DNA of 46,785 nucleotides from Flavobacteriales bacterium. GTDB lineage: Bacteria; Bacteroidota; Bacteroidia; Flavobacteriales_F; PHOS-HE28. Below are positions 37,538 to 46,785 of the stretch, piece after piece. Below the pieces are notes generated by a model. It was not told the DNA's origin, searched no databases, and saw only the letters and a list, made by a program, of their open reading frames with translations. The stretch's first letter is position 1. The number at the start of each line of letters is the position of its first letter. The DNA is taken from NCBI GenBank assembly GCA_046596155.1, contig JBKJNF010000251.1:1-46785 (forward strand), given 5' to 3'. Both the position numbers and the translations under genes were made by a program.

Positions 37538-38310
37538 AACACATCCGCACTCTCATCGTAGATGATGAACCCGCTGCGCGCGCGCGCTTGTCCCGACTGC
37601 TGGCACAGGACCCTGAGATCGAAATGATCGGCGAATGCCGCAATGGGGTCGACGCCGTAGAGGCGATTGGCAAGCACAAGCCGGATCTGGTCTTCCTCGA
37701 TGTGGAGATGCCACAGGTCAACGGCTTTGAGGTGGTCACGCGCGTTGGCAGCCAGCACATGCCCTTCGTGGTCTTCGTTACAGCACACGACCAATATGCC
37801 TTAAAGGCCTTCGACGTGAACGCCGTGGATTACCTGCTGAAACCCTACGATGATGACCGCTTCCAAGCCTCGCTCGCGAAGGCGAAGCAGCATATCGGTA
37901 TGCGGGTGAACAACAAACTCACCGGCAAGTTGCTCGACCTGATGCGCGAACACATGCAAGCAAAGAGCGACCACACCGAGCAGTTCATCATCAAGGAAAA
38001 AGGGCGCGAATACAAGGTGCCGGTGGACGACATCATCTACCTGCGCGCGGAGGGCAACTACCTGCATTTGCAGCTAACAGAGCGCCACCACCTGTATCGG
38101 ATGACCATGAACGCTGTGGAGACCGAATTGGACCCGGCGCGTTTCCTGCGGATCCACCGCAGCTACCTCGTGCACATCAACCATGTGCGCGGCCAGCGCT
38201 ACAGTGGCAACAACGAGTTCATCTTCACCATGGCCAACGGTGAGCGCATCGTAAGCGGCCGAAGCTACAAGGAGCAGATCGCCAAGACCTTGCAGGAGCA
38301 GGTGGTGTGA
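37534..38310 (+). CDS. LytR/AlgR (LytTR) family response regulator
   Basis: Receiver domain (IVDDEP...DLVFLDVEMP) plus a LytTR DNA-binding domain (IIYLRAEGNYLHL...FLRIHRSYLVHINHV). ATGA overlap with the kinase gene. Confidence 0.93.
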   Translation: MKHIRTLIVDDEPAARARLSRLLAQDPEIEMIGECRNGVDAVEAIGKHKPDLVFLDVEMPQVNGFEVVTRVGSQHMPFVVFVTAHDQYALKAFDVNAVDYLLKPYDDDRFQASLAKAKQHIGMRVNNKLTGKLLDLMREHMQAKSDHTEQFIIKEKGREYKVPVDDIIYLRAEGNYLHLQLTERHHLYRMTMNAVETELDPARFLRIHRSYLVHINHVRGQRYSGNNEFIFTMANGERIVSGRSYKEQIAKTLQEQVV

Positions 38311-38331
38311 CCGATATCACCGTCCCGTCTT

Positions 38332-38372
38332 CGCGAGGGGTCCGTGCAGCCAACGGACCCTCGCGATCTTTA
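38332..38372 (+). terminator. Terminator hairpin after the two-component operon
   Basis: CGCGAGGGGTCCG (38332-38344) pairs with CGGACCCTCGCG (38354-38365), with one bulged G, followed by ATCTTTAATT. Confidence 0.6.
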
Positions 38373-38453
38373 ATTCAGGCTTGGAAATGAAAGATCGCTT
38401 CACGGCGCCAGAGCGCGCCGCTCGCGAAGGCGGTTGACGGGTAACTTCGTCGC

Positions 38454-40955
38454 ATGCCCTTCCGAGACCTGTCCTGCCGGTCGATCGCTCTGCTGATCAT
38501 CCTTAACACCTCACCATTCACGCTGCATACCTCGGCACAACGCCCGCCGGAACAGCCTGACGCCGCGAAGATCCTGCACAAAATGCAGAAACTCAATGTG
38601 CTCGGAAGCGTGCTGTACATCGTAGCGCATCCGGATGATGAGAACACGCGGCTGATCGCCTGGCTCGCCAATGGCAAGAAGGTGCGCACAGCCGACCTCA
38701 GCCTTACGCGTGGCGATGGTGGTCAGAACCTGATCGGCCCGGAACTCGGCGATGCACTCGGCATCATCCGCACGCAGGAGTTGTTGGAGGCGCGGCGTAT
38801 CGATGGTGGCGAACAGTTCTTCACCCGCGCCGTGGACTTCGGTTACAGCAAAAGCGCGAAGGAGAGTTTTGAGAAGTGGGGGCACGACGAAGTGCTCAGC
38901 GATGTGGTGCGCGTGATCCGCACCTTCCGACCCGACATCATCATTACACGCTTTCCGCCTACGCGCGAAGCAGGGCACGGACACCACGAGGCTAGCGCGA
39001 TCCTTGCGGAAGAAGCGTTCAAGCTTGCCGGTGATCCAAAAGCCTTTCCCGAACAACTGGCACAAGGCGTAGAGGTCTGGCAACCACGCCGCCTGTTCTT
39101 CAACGGCAGTACCTGGTGGAAAAAGAACCTCGCGGAGATCGCGAAGCCCGATTCTGGTTGGTATACCGTGGACGTGGGGGGCTACGACCCGTTGCTCGGA
39201 CTAAGCTATACGGAGATCGCCGGGCGCAGTCGCAGCATGCACAAGAGCCAGGGTTTCGGTGCGGCGGAAACACGCGGGGAGATGATCGAGTACCTGAAAC
39301 TCATCGCCGGCGACAAGCCGAAGACGAGCGACATTTTTGAGGGGATCGATATGACGTGGGGGAAGGTCTCTACATCAACATCCATCCAACGGCATGTACG
39401 TGAATTGATCGACACCTACTCTCCCGCGATGCCTGCAGCCAGCGATTCCCTGCTCTGCCTCCTCAACAACGAACTCAACAACCACGACAAGAACATTGAT
39501 GAGCAAGGGTGGCTCAGCGTAAAGACGCGTCAGGTAGAAGACCTGTTGATGGCTTGCAACGGGCTAGTCGTTGAGGCGTTGTGCGATGCCGATGTTGCGA
39601 TAACGGGATCACTGTACACCTTCAAACTTACAGCGACCAACAGGGGCAAGAACGCGCTTGCATGGATCCTGTCCGATGGAACCGAAAAGGAACTCGGAAC
39701 CAATATGCCCGTCATTCAGGAGATCACCCAGCAGGCCACTATGGAAACTGACATTCCCTTCTGGCTGCGCCTTCCGCACAATACCCTCTATACCATCGGT
39801 GATCCCACCCTGATCGGTCAACCTGATATTCTGGGCCAGCTCGTCACGACCGTTCGGATCCGTTTCGACAAACGCACGGTCCTGCGGAGGGTCATACCTG
39901 TCCAGCACCGATGGGTGGATCGCGTGAAGGGTGAACTTACCCAGACGTGCGCCGTCGTTCCACCGGCATCCGTTCACGCGGGAAAAACGATCATCCTCAT
40001 GACCGCTGACAGTGTTGATGTTCCGCTCGGGGTGGATGTCTTCTCCGATTCGCTCAAGGGCGGTATCGTGTGCTCGAGACCTGAGAACTGCATCCTGGAG
40101 CCGATGTACCAATCCTTCGCCGGAGTAAGGGGGGACCGAATCGGTGCCTCCGTCCGAGTGAAAGCAGACAAAGGCAGCAAGTGCAGCGACGTGGATGTTT
40201 CCATCGGCACCAAGAACGGAATGATAGAACGTACCCAACGTACGATCACCTATGATCATATCACAACACAACGGTATTCCACGCCGTCTTTCTTCCGGGT
40301 CATCCCTGTCTCTGTTTCAGCGAACGCCAAACTCGTTGGCTACATCAAAGGTGCAGGCGATGATGTGGCACAGGGCATAGAGCAGTTGGGTGTGAAGGTG
40401 GACCTCGTGGATCCGGCCACCGCCAGCCTGGAAAGTCTAACGAAGTACGACGCGATCGTCACCGGCATCCGCGCCTACAACACGGTGGAAGCGATGAAGA
40501 CCTTGAACCCACTGCTTATGAAGTACGTGGAACAAGGTGGCACGCTGGTATGCCAATACAACACCAAGAGCAGCGATATGATGCTGCCGGATTCCCTCTT
40601 CGGGCCTTATCCGTTCAAGCTCACGCGCGATCGCGTCACCGTGGAGGAAGCACCACCGACCTTCCTTGCGAAGGACCATCCACTGTTGAACACACCGAAC
40701 AAGATCACAACGGCCGACTTCGATGGCTGGGTGCAGGAGCGCGGTCTCTACTTCTGTGGAAGTCTTGATCCGCATTACACACCACTGATCGCATGGAACG
40801 ATCCAGGTGAGCAACCGCTCACTGGTGGCTTGATCACCTGCGACTACGGTAAGGGTCGTTATATCTACACAGGCATCAGTTTCTTCCGGGAGCTACCCGC
40901 GGGGGTGCCCGGAGCGTATCGCTTGTTCGCGAACTTGATCAGCAAACGCCAATGA
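38454..40955 (+). CDS. Large secreted PIG-L/LmbE-family deacetylase with C-terminal extension
   Basis: Signal-like N-terminus. LYIVAHPDDENTRLIAWL and ...HGHHEAS... are PIG-L metal-site motifs. The ~550 aa downstream ends in a segment resembling a class-I glutamine-amidotransferase-like/ThuA-like fold (KYDAIVTGIRAYN...GGTLVCQYN). Confidence 0.82.
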   Translation: MPFRDLSCRSIALLIILNTSPFTLHTSAQRPPEQPDAAKILHKMQKLNVLGSVLYIVAHPDDENTRLIAWLANGKKVRTADLSLTRGDGGQNLIGPELGDALGIIRTQELLEARRIDGGEQFFTRAVDFGYSKSAKESFEKWGHDEVLSDVVRVIRTFRPDIIITRFPPTREAGHGHHEASAILAEEAFKLAGDPKAFPEQLAQGVEVWQPRRLFFNGSTWWKKNLAEIAKPDSGWYTVDVGGYDPLLGLSYTEIAGRSRSMHKSQGFGAAETRGEMIEYLKLIAGDKPKTSDIFEGIDMTWGKVSTSTSIQRHVRELIDTYSPAMPAASDSLLCLLNNELNNHDKNIDEQGWLSVKTRQVEDLLMACNGLVVEALCDADVAITGSLYTFKLTATNRGKNALAWILSDGTEKELGTNMPVIQEITQQATMETDIPFWLRLPHNTLYTIGDPTLIGQPDILGQLVTTVRIRFDKRTVLRRVIPVQHRWVDRVKGELTQTCAVVPPASVHAGKTIILMTADSVDVPLGVDVFSDSLKGGIVCSRPENCILEPMYQSFAGVRGDRIGASVRVKADKGSKCSDVDVSIGTKNGMIERTQRTITYDHITTQRYSTPSFFRVIPVSVSANAKLVGYIKGAGDDVAQGIEQLGVKVDLVDPATASLESLTKYDAIVTGIRAYNTVEAMKTLNPLLMKYVEQGGTLVCQYNTKSSDMMLPDSLFGPYPFKLTRDRVTVEEAPPTFLAKDHPLLNTPNKITTADFDGWVQERGLYFCGSLDPHYTPLIAWNDPGEQPLTGGLITCDYGKGRYIYTGISFFRELPAGVPGAYRLFANLISKRQ

Positions 40956-40995
40956 TCGCTTCCAATACCTTCGACTTCAGTATACGTTCTGGTTC

Positions 40996-42279
40996 ATGAG
41001 CAACACAACGAACGTCGCCATGGCATCGCATGTCTCTGACCTAGCGGAGCTCCTGATCGGCTCGGAGATCATCCGGATCGGGGGCGAGATCAACGTGCGC
41101 ATCGCACAGGGCGAACTGATCCACAACCTCACGATCGGCGATTTCAGCCCGGCCATCTTCCCGCTCCCGGAAAAGCTGCGCGAATTGATCCGCCAGGCCT
41201 ACTCAGAGGGCCACAGCAACTACCCGCCGGCCAATGGCGTGGCGGAACTGCGCAAAGCGGTGAGCAGCTACATCAAACGCGGTCAAGGCCTCGACTACAG
41301 CGCCGAGGATGTGCTGGTGGCCGGCGGCGCCCGACCCTTGATCTACGCCACGTTCAAAGCGATCGTGAACCCCGGTGAGAAGGTCGTTTACCCAGTGCCG
41401 TCCTGGAACAACAATCACTACACATACCTGCACAGCGCGGAAAAGGTGGAAGTGGCCGCCACACGGGAGAACAGGTTCCTCCCCACTGCCGAAGATCTGC
41501 GACCACACCTGGCAGGTGCAGCACTGCTGGCTCTTTGCTCGCCGCTGAATCCCACCGGCACATCGTTCACGCGTGATCAGTTGGAAGCCATCTGCGACCT
41601 GGTGCTGGAGGAGAACGCACGCCGCAATGGCGATAAGCCTTTGTACGTGATGTACGATCAGGTCTATCAGGAACTCACACTGGACGGCACTGAACATGCA
41701 GATCCCGTTTCGATCCGTCCGGAGATGCGGCCGTATACCATCTTCGTCGATGGCATCTCCAAATCGCTTGCTGCCACAGGCGTTCGTGTGGGCTGGGCCT
41801 TCGGACCTACCGAGGTGCTTAATAAGATGCGGGCCATTCTTGGTCATGTGGGTGCATGGGCGCCGAAACCGGAACAAGTGGCCACGGCCCGCTTCCTCGA
41901 TGACGCCCCAACATTTGAAGCGGCCGTGCACCAACACCGTGTCATGATCTCCGAACGCGTGAACGGATATTACAGCGGCTTTACCCGCCTGAAGTCCGAG
42001 GGCTATCCCGTCGATGCTATTCCCGCGCAAGGGGCCATGTACCTAACGGTGCGCATCGGCATCGTGGGCCGCACCACCTCTGAAGGCCATGTGTTGCGTA
42101 ATGCGACGGATGTCACCTACTACCTGATCCAACTTGCCCGCGTAGGACTTGTCCCCTTCGTGGCCTTCGGGTCATCCGACGACAGCGACTGGTTCCGCTT
42201 GTCAGTGGGCACAACACGCATGGAGGATATCGATGGCGTGGTCACCGGGATCCGCCGCGCCATCGATGCACTTGCATGA
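40996..42279 (+). CDS. Class I/II PLP-dependent aminotransferase
   Basis: ...YPPANGVAELRKAVS..., the NPTGT motif and DGISKSLAATGVRVGW (PLP lysine context). 427 aa. Confidence 0.88.
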   Translation: MSNTTNVAMASHVSDLAELLIGSEIIRIGGEINVRIAQGELIHNLTIGDFSPAIFPLPEKLRELIRQAYSEGHSNYPPANGVAELRKAVSSYIKRGQGLDYSAEDVLVAGGARPLIYATFKAIVNPGEKVVYPVPSWNNNHYTYLHSAEKVEVAATRENRFLPTAEDLRPHLAGAALLALCSPLNPTGTSFTRDQLEAICDLVLEENARRNGDKPLYVMYDQVYQELTLDGTEHADPVSIRPEMRPYTIFVDGISKSLAATGVRVGWAFGPTEVLNKMRAILGHVGAWAPKPEQVATARFLDDAPTFEAAVHQHRVMISERVNGYYSGFTRLKSEGYPVDAIPAQGAMYLTVRIGIVGRTTSEGHVLRNATDVTYYLIQLARVGLVPFVAFGSSDDSDWFRLSVGTTRMEDIDGVVTGIRRAIDALA

Positions 42280-42327
42280 GGCAATGCGCCATCGCTGGTC
42301 CCTACATATCAGCTGATAGGTACGCTG

Positions 42328-44106
42328 ATGCACTGGCTTGACTGGACGATACTACTCGGCACGCTCGGCTTCATCGTAGGCTACGGGAGCTGGAAGACGC
42401 GACATACCACAACCCTGGATGGGTATCTGCGCGGCGACAATCAGGATCGATGGTGGGCCGTGATGCTCAGTGTGATGGCGACCCAGGCCAGCGCGATCAC
42501 CTTCCTGAGTACGCCAGGGCAGGGCTTCCTCGAAGGTATGGGCTTCGTGCAGTTCTATTTCGGCCTTCCGCTTGCCATGGTAGTGATCGCCTACGTTTTC
42601 ATTCCTCTCTTCTACAAGTGGAACGTGTACACCGCCTACGAATTCATCGGCAAACGCTTTGACCACCGCACGCGCCTCCTCACGGCGATCCTCTTCCTGA
42701 TCCAGCGTGGGCTCAGCACCGGTATCACGATCTATGCGCCGAGCATCGTCCTGAGCAAGGTGCTGCATTGGCCTCTGGGTTGGACCTGCGTGTTCATCGG
42801 TGCGCTGGTCATCATCTACACGACCACCGGCGGCGCGAAGGCCGTGGGAGTAACACACAAGCAGCAGATGGCCGTGATGTTCGGTGGGCTGTTCGTGGTG
42901 TTCGGCTTCATCGTCTTTTACCTGAAGGACGCCGTGAGCTTCGGTGAAAGTCTGAGCCTCGCAGGAGTTCTTGGCAAGTTGAACGTGATCGATACCTCCT
43001 GGGACCCGAAAGCCAGGTACACGCTGTGGAGTGGCCTGATCGGTGGCTTCTTCCTGCAGCTCTCCTACTTCGGTACGGACCAGAGCCAGGTGCAGCGCTA
43101 TTTAAGCGGACAGACCGCGCAGCAGGCCCGCAACGGCTTGCTCATGAACGGCCTTGTAAAGATCCCCATGCAGTTCTTTATCCTGCTGATCGGCGTGATG
43201 GTTTTCGTGTTCTACCTCTTCCATGCAGCACCGGTGCACTGGAACGCAGCGAACGTGGAGTTGTTGAGCGCCGTTACGTCAGAGTCGCAGAACACAGGGA
43301 GTGGCCGGATGGAAATGCAAGGCATCAGCGTCGAAGACCGGCCTTCAGGAATGTCGGACGCACGAGCCCAACGGCGCGCCCATGGGCTCGAAGCCATGCA
43401 TGCGCAGAATGCAGCCGCCATCGCCGCGGCGGCATCCGGCTGGGTAATGGCTGAGCGCGATGGAAGCGCTGACGGCGCGGCCCAGGCGGAACAAGCCTTG
43501 AAACTGGCCTTGGCCCGCGACGGAGCACTCCGGACGGATTATACCACGCTCGTGCGAAATGCATTGCCTGCCGCAGAGCCGAATGACAAGGACTACATCT
43601 TCATCAGTTTCATCATGGACCATATGCCGGTGGGCGTCGTGGGCTTGCTGCTAGCCATGATCTTCTGCGCAGGCATGGGCAGCACAAGCTCGCAGCTCAG
43701 TGCGCTGGCCACGACCAGCGTGGTGGACGTGTTCCGCTTTGTAGGCACCGGTGAACAGCTGGTGGTCGCCACCAAGTGGGCCACGGTGGTCTTCGGTATC
43801 CTGGCCTTGTGCTTCGCTGCCGTTTTCTCACTCTTCGAGAACTTGATACAGGCCGTGAACATCCTGGGCTCGTTGTTCTACGGCACCATCCTCGGCATAT
43901 TCCTGGTGGCCTTCTTCCTCAAGCGAGTTCAGGGCATGGCCGTATTCATGGCTGCGTTGATCGCTCAGGCCGCCATCCTCTTCATCCACTTCTCCGGTAT
44001 CGAGATCGCGTTCCTTTGGTACAACCTGATCGCCCCAGCCATCCTGGTGGTGCTGGCCATTCTGCTACAGATCGTCCTTCATGACCAACGAAGATCACAG
44101 GTATGA
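42328..44106 (+). CDS. Sodium:solute symporter (SSS) family transporter
   Basis: Polytopic protein with the N-terminal LDGYLRGDNQDRWWAVMLSVMATQASAITFLSTPG signature typical of SSS. It also has a large hydrophilic insert at residues ~303-423. Confidence 0.9.
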   Translation: MHWLDWTILLGTLGFIVGYGSWKTRHTTTLDGYLRGDNQDRWWAVMLSVMATQASAITFLSTPGQGFLEGMGFVQFYFGLPLAMVVIAYVFIPLFYKWNVYTAYEFIGKRFDHRTRLLTAILFLIQRGLSTGITIYAPSIVLSKVLHWPLGWTCVFIGALVIIYTTTGGAKAVGVTHKQQMAVMFGGLFVVFGFIVFYLKDAVSFGESLSLAGVLGKLNVIDTSWDPKARYTLWSGLIGGFFLQLSYFGTDQSQVQRYLSGQTAQQARNGLLMNGLVKIPMQFFILLIGVMVFVFYLFHAAPVHWNAANVELLSAVTSESQNTGSGRMEMQGISVEDRPSGMSDARAQRRAHGLEAMHAQNAAAIAAAASGWVMAERDGSADGAAQAEQALKLALARDGALRTDYTTLVRNALPAAEPNDKDYIFISFIMDHMPVGVVGLLLAMIFCAGMGSTSSQLSALATTSVVDVFRFVGTGEQLVVATKWATVVFGILALCFAAVFSLFENLIQAVNILGSLFYGTILGIFLVAFFLKRVQGMAVFMAALIAQAAILFIHFSGIEIAFLWYNLIAPAILVVLAILLQIVLHDQRRSQV

Positions 44107-44834
44107 CCACATGGGACCTCAAGGGTAAGCGCGCATTGATCACAGGGGGAACACGCGGCATTGGTGCAGCCACCGTTGATGAGTTCCTCGCGCTGGGCGC
44201 TGAAGTGGCGATCTTGTCGCGCAACTTGGCGAAGCGTGCTGGTGTGATCACCATCAACGCCGACCTCAGCATCCTAGCGGATCGCGCGCGTGCTGCAAAG
44301 GAACTGACCACGCATTGGGACCGTCTGGATGTATTGGTGAACAACGCCGGTATGAACATCCGTAAAACCTGGGCGGAGATCACTGATGCCGAACGCGACC
44401 TGGTGATGAATACGAACGCGCTGGGACCGATGGACCTAACCAAGCAGTTACTCCCCCTCTTACGAAAGGGTGTGAACGCCTCCGTGGTGAACGTCGCCAG
44501 CGTGGCCGGCATGGTGGATGTAGGCAGCGGCGCCACTTATGCGCTCAGCAAGGCCGCCCTGCTTCAATTCACGCGTAGCCTGGCCGTGGAATGGGCGCCG
44601 ATGCACATCCGCGTGAACTCCGTGGCGCCTTGGTACATCCGCACACCGTTGACCGAGCCTGTGCTGTCGCAGCCGGAGCGCATGCAGAAGATCCTCTCCC
44701 GCACGCCGATGCACCGCGTGGGAACAACCGAGGAGATCGCCGCGGCCATCACGTTCCTGGCCATGGACAAGAGCAGCTTCATCACGGGCCAGTGCATCGT
44801 GGCGGACGGCGGCTTCCTGGCGCTCGGCATGTAA
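44103..44834 (+). CDS. SDR-family oxidoreductase (tropinone-reductase-like)
   Basis: GKRALITGGTRGIG cofactor motif, NNAG, and the catalytic Y..SK context (YALSKAAL). ATGA overlap with the transporter gene. Confidence 0.92.
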   Translation: MTTWDLKGKRALITGGTRGIGAATVDEFLALGAEVAILSRNLAKRAGVITINADLSILADRARAAKELTTHWDRLDVLVNNAGMNIRKTWAEITDAERDLVMNTNALGPMDLTKQLLPLLRKGVNASVVNVASVAGMVDVGSGATYALSKAALLQFTRSLAVEWAPMHIRVNSVAPWYIRTPLTEPVLSQPERMQKILSRTPMHRVGTTEEIAAAITFLAMDKSSFITGQCIVADGGFLALGM

Positions 44835-44838
44835 TGAC

Positions 44839-44866
44839 AACGCCCCACCGCATGCGGTGGGGCGTT
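44839..44866. terminator. Perfect 12-bp hairpin between convergent genes
   Basis: AACGCCCCACCG-CATG-CGGTGGGGCGTT, immediately after the SDR stop and 20 nt beyond the DUF2911-like stop. There is no strong T-tract. Confidence 0.6.
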
Positions 44867-44886
44867 GTTCAAAATGCGTTACTAAA

Positions 44887-45747
44887 CTACTTGCCTGCGG
44901 CCTTCGCCGTCCATTCGTTGAAATTGGCCTCGTATTCCGCCACAGTCGACTTCTCGCCTTCTTGACCGGCCAAGGCCATGGCTTCGCGCGCGTTGGCCGC
45001 AGCCTCTGCATACATGTTCATGGCAGCCTGGATCTCCGCCAATTGGAAGGTGTTCCAGTATTTCTTCGTCATGCTCACGCTCTTCGTGGCATAGCCGAGC
45101 GCCTCCTTCATACCCAGATCACGGTCCTTGTAGAATCGCGCGGCCTTGTAATAAGTACTATAGTCGGCCTTGGGATCCGCAAGTGCTGCTTTGATGTTGG
45201 CCATGCTCTGGTCATTGGCATCTGCCACGATCGATACGAACGCCTCCTGCTTTTCCCATCGGAACACAAGTTCCGCACGGTCCTGGCCCAAATTTTCGAA
45301 CCCCATAGTGAACGATTCCGTCATCGGCACTTCGCGGGTAGCCGCTTTGATCGTGAGCACATCTTCTTCCGGCTTATACCCGGTGGCCCCCCACAGCTTG
45401 GTATTCTTGTTGAACATGACAACCCAAGCACCATCATTGGGAACGGTGAACACAGCGTAATCACCTGCCGGTAGCTTCTGGTCGTTGATGACCAGCGCGC
45501 CCGTGGTGCTCAAGATGGTGCTTCCGTTCGCGCCCGTGCGCCAGATCTCACCGTAGGGCACGAGGCCTCCAAAAACCTGGCGGCCCTTCATCGAAGGACG
45601 TGAATACGTGATCGTTACATCCGTGATCCCGATGCGTTGTTTCACGGTCGCACTCGGACTGGGAGCAGGAAGGTCCTGGGCTAACGTGAATAGCGGCAGG
45701 ACAGCGAGCGCCAGGGGCGCGAGGAGATGTTTCATGGTCATGGTCAT
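44887..45747 (-). CDS. DUF2911-like secreted protein with C-terminal TPR-like helices
   Basis: MTMTMKHLLAPLALAVLPLFTLAQ signal peptide. VKQRIGITDVTITYSRPSMKGRQVFGGLVPYGEIWRTGAN matches my memory of DUF2911. Candidate ATG starts at 45747, 45741 and 45735. Confidence 0.75.
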   Translation of the reverse strand: MTMTMKHLLAPLALAVLPLFTLAQDLPAPSPSATVKQRIGITDVTITYSRPSMKGRQVFGGLVPYGEIWRTGANGSTILSTTGALVINDQKLPAGDYAVFTVPNDGAWVVMFNKNTKLWGATGYKPEEDVLTIKAATREVPMTESFTMGFENLGQDRAELVFRWEKQEAFVSIVADANDQSMANIKAALADPKADYSTYYKAARFYKDRDLGMKEALGYATKSVSMTKKYWNTFQLAEIQAAMNMYAEAAANAREAMALAGQEGEKSTVAEYEANFNEWTAKAAGK

Positions 45748-45855
45748 GTTGAACGGGTCACGAATATATAGCAGGATAGGACAGTCTTGGATGCCAAGAC
45801 CATCCGCCAATGAGGTGCATCCCATCCGGGACAACAATGCCTGTTCGACACTGGA

Positions 45856-46785
45856 TCAGGCCACCTTCAACTGACCTACGCGACTTCGGTCGAACTTCTC
45901 GCGCGCATAACTGAGCGTAACTCGAAGTTCGCCCTGCTTCTCTGCGGAACCCGGTATCTCGTACATCGCATCCGTCATAATGGCCTCGCAAATGCTTCGC
46001 AACCCACGTGCACCAAGCCTGTAGTCGATGGCCTTTTCCACGATGAAGTCCAGTACTTTCTTGTCGAAGGTGACCTTCACCTTATCCATCTCGAAGAGCT
46101 TGACGTATTGTTTGATCAGGGCATTCTTCGGCTCGGTGAGGATGCGGCGAAGGGTGTCGCGGTCCAAGGGATCCAGGTAGGTAAGCACCGGGAAGCGGCC
46201 AATGAGCTCTGGGATGAGGCCATAGGCGCGCAGATCCATAGGGCTCACGTACTGCAACAGGTTCTCCTCCATGATGCGCGCTTCGCGGCTGGCACTGTAG
46301 CCCACAGCGCTGCTCTTCACACGGCGCGCGATGATCTTGTTGATCCCATCGAAGGCACCTCCGCAGATGAACAGGATCTTCTTGGTGTCCACCTGGATCA
46401 ACTTCTGCTCCGGATGTTTGCGCCCACCTTGGGGAGGCACGTTCACCGTGCTCCCTTCCAGCAACTTCAGCAATGCTTGTTGTACGCCTTCACCACTCAC
46501 ATCACGCGTGATGCTCGGCGTATCGCTCTTGCGGCTGATCTTGTCTATCTCGTCGATGAACACGATGCCGCGTTCGGCTTTGCTCACATCGTAATCCGCA
46601 GCCTGCAACAAGCGGCTCAAAATGCTCTCGACGTCCTCGCCCACATAGCCCGCCTCAGTGAGCACGGTGGCGTCGGCGATGGCGAAGGGCACGTTCAACA
46701 TCCGAGCGATGGTGCGGGCCAACAAGGTCTTGCCCGTGCCTGTTTCACCCACCAGGATGATATTGCTCTTCTCGATCTCCACGTC
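45856..46785 (-). CDS. clpX: ATP-dependent Clp protease ATP-binding subunit ClpX (N-terminus beyond the right edge)
   Basis: [49 protein letters not shown]... and [21 protein letters not shown] are almost identical in pattern to E. coli ClpX. The frame is open to the window end. Confidence 0.95.
   Translation of the reverse strand, partial: DVEIEKSNIILVGETGTGKTLLARTIARMLNVPFAIADATVLTEAGYVGEDVESILSRLLQAADYDVSKAERGIVFIDEIDKISRKSDTPSITRDVSGEGVQQALLKLLEGSTVNVPPQGGRKHPEQKLIQVDTKKILFICGGAFDGINKIIARRVKSSAVGYSASREARIMEENLLQYVSPMDLRAYGLIPELIGRFPVLTYLDPLDRDTLRRILTEPKNALIKQYVKLFEMDKVKVTFDKKVLDFIVEKAIDYRLGARGLRSICEAIMTDAMYEIPGSAEKQGELRVTLSYAREKFDRSRVGQLKVA

Overview
GC-rich (about 60% by eye) chromosomal segment that looks like Bacteroidota (Flavobacteriia/Cytophagia-like) core genome. 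The supporting evidence is twofold. First, the gene content is typical of the phylum: GH3-like, DUF2797, DUF2911 and DUF2167 proteins, a LytTR two-component pair and a large PIG-L deacetylase. Second, there are perfect TTG-N19-TAnnTTTG and TAnnTTTG promoter boxes. I call about 40 protein genes, almost all housekeeping, and two tRNAs. The recognisable genes are: murA; two TlpA-like thiol-disulfide oxidoreductases; grpE-dnaJ; two deoxynucleoside kinases; sppA; folK; a TrmH-family methyltransferase; mutS; tRNA-Gly(GCC) and tRNA-Leu(UAA); a GluQRS-like gene; adenine deaminase; an acyl-CoA desaturase; a membrane pyrophosphatase; pdhB; a ClC channel; thyA-folA; a LytS-like kinase with a LytTR regulator; a PIG-L deacetylase; an aminotransferase; an SSS transporter; an SDR; and a truncated clpX. 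Several rho-independent-type hairpins are visible. I see no transposase, integrase, phage, CRISPR or known defence genes, and I cannot point to a convincing new multi-gene system. The window reads as ordinary core genome with a few modest oddities:
- a GH3-like / coupled secreted protein / divergent DUF2797 module of unknown bacterial function;
- a Fic-domain protein whose catalytic motif is degenerate;
- two unusually long low-confidence gaps, one with a probable rhodanese-like gene relic and one with a lipoprotein/membrane ORF split by an in-frame TGA and preceded by a perfect 17-bp direct repeat;
- a tRNA-Gly / hairpin / tRNA-Leu / GluQRS-like arrangement;
- a co-directional PIG-L / aminotransferase / SSS / SDR block.
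All family calls come from motif recognition by eye; no searches were run.
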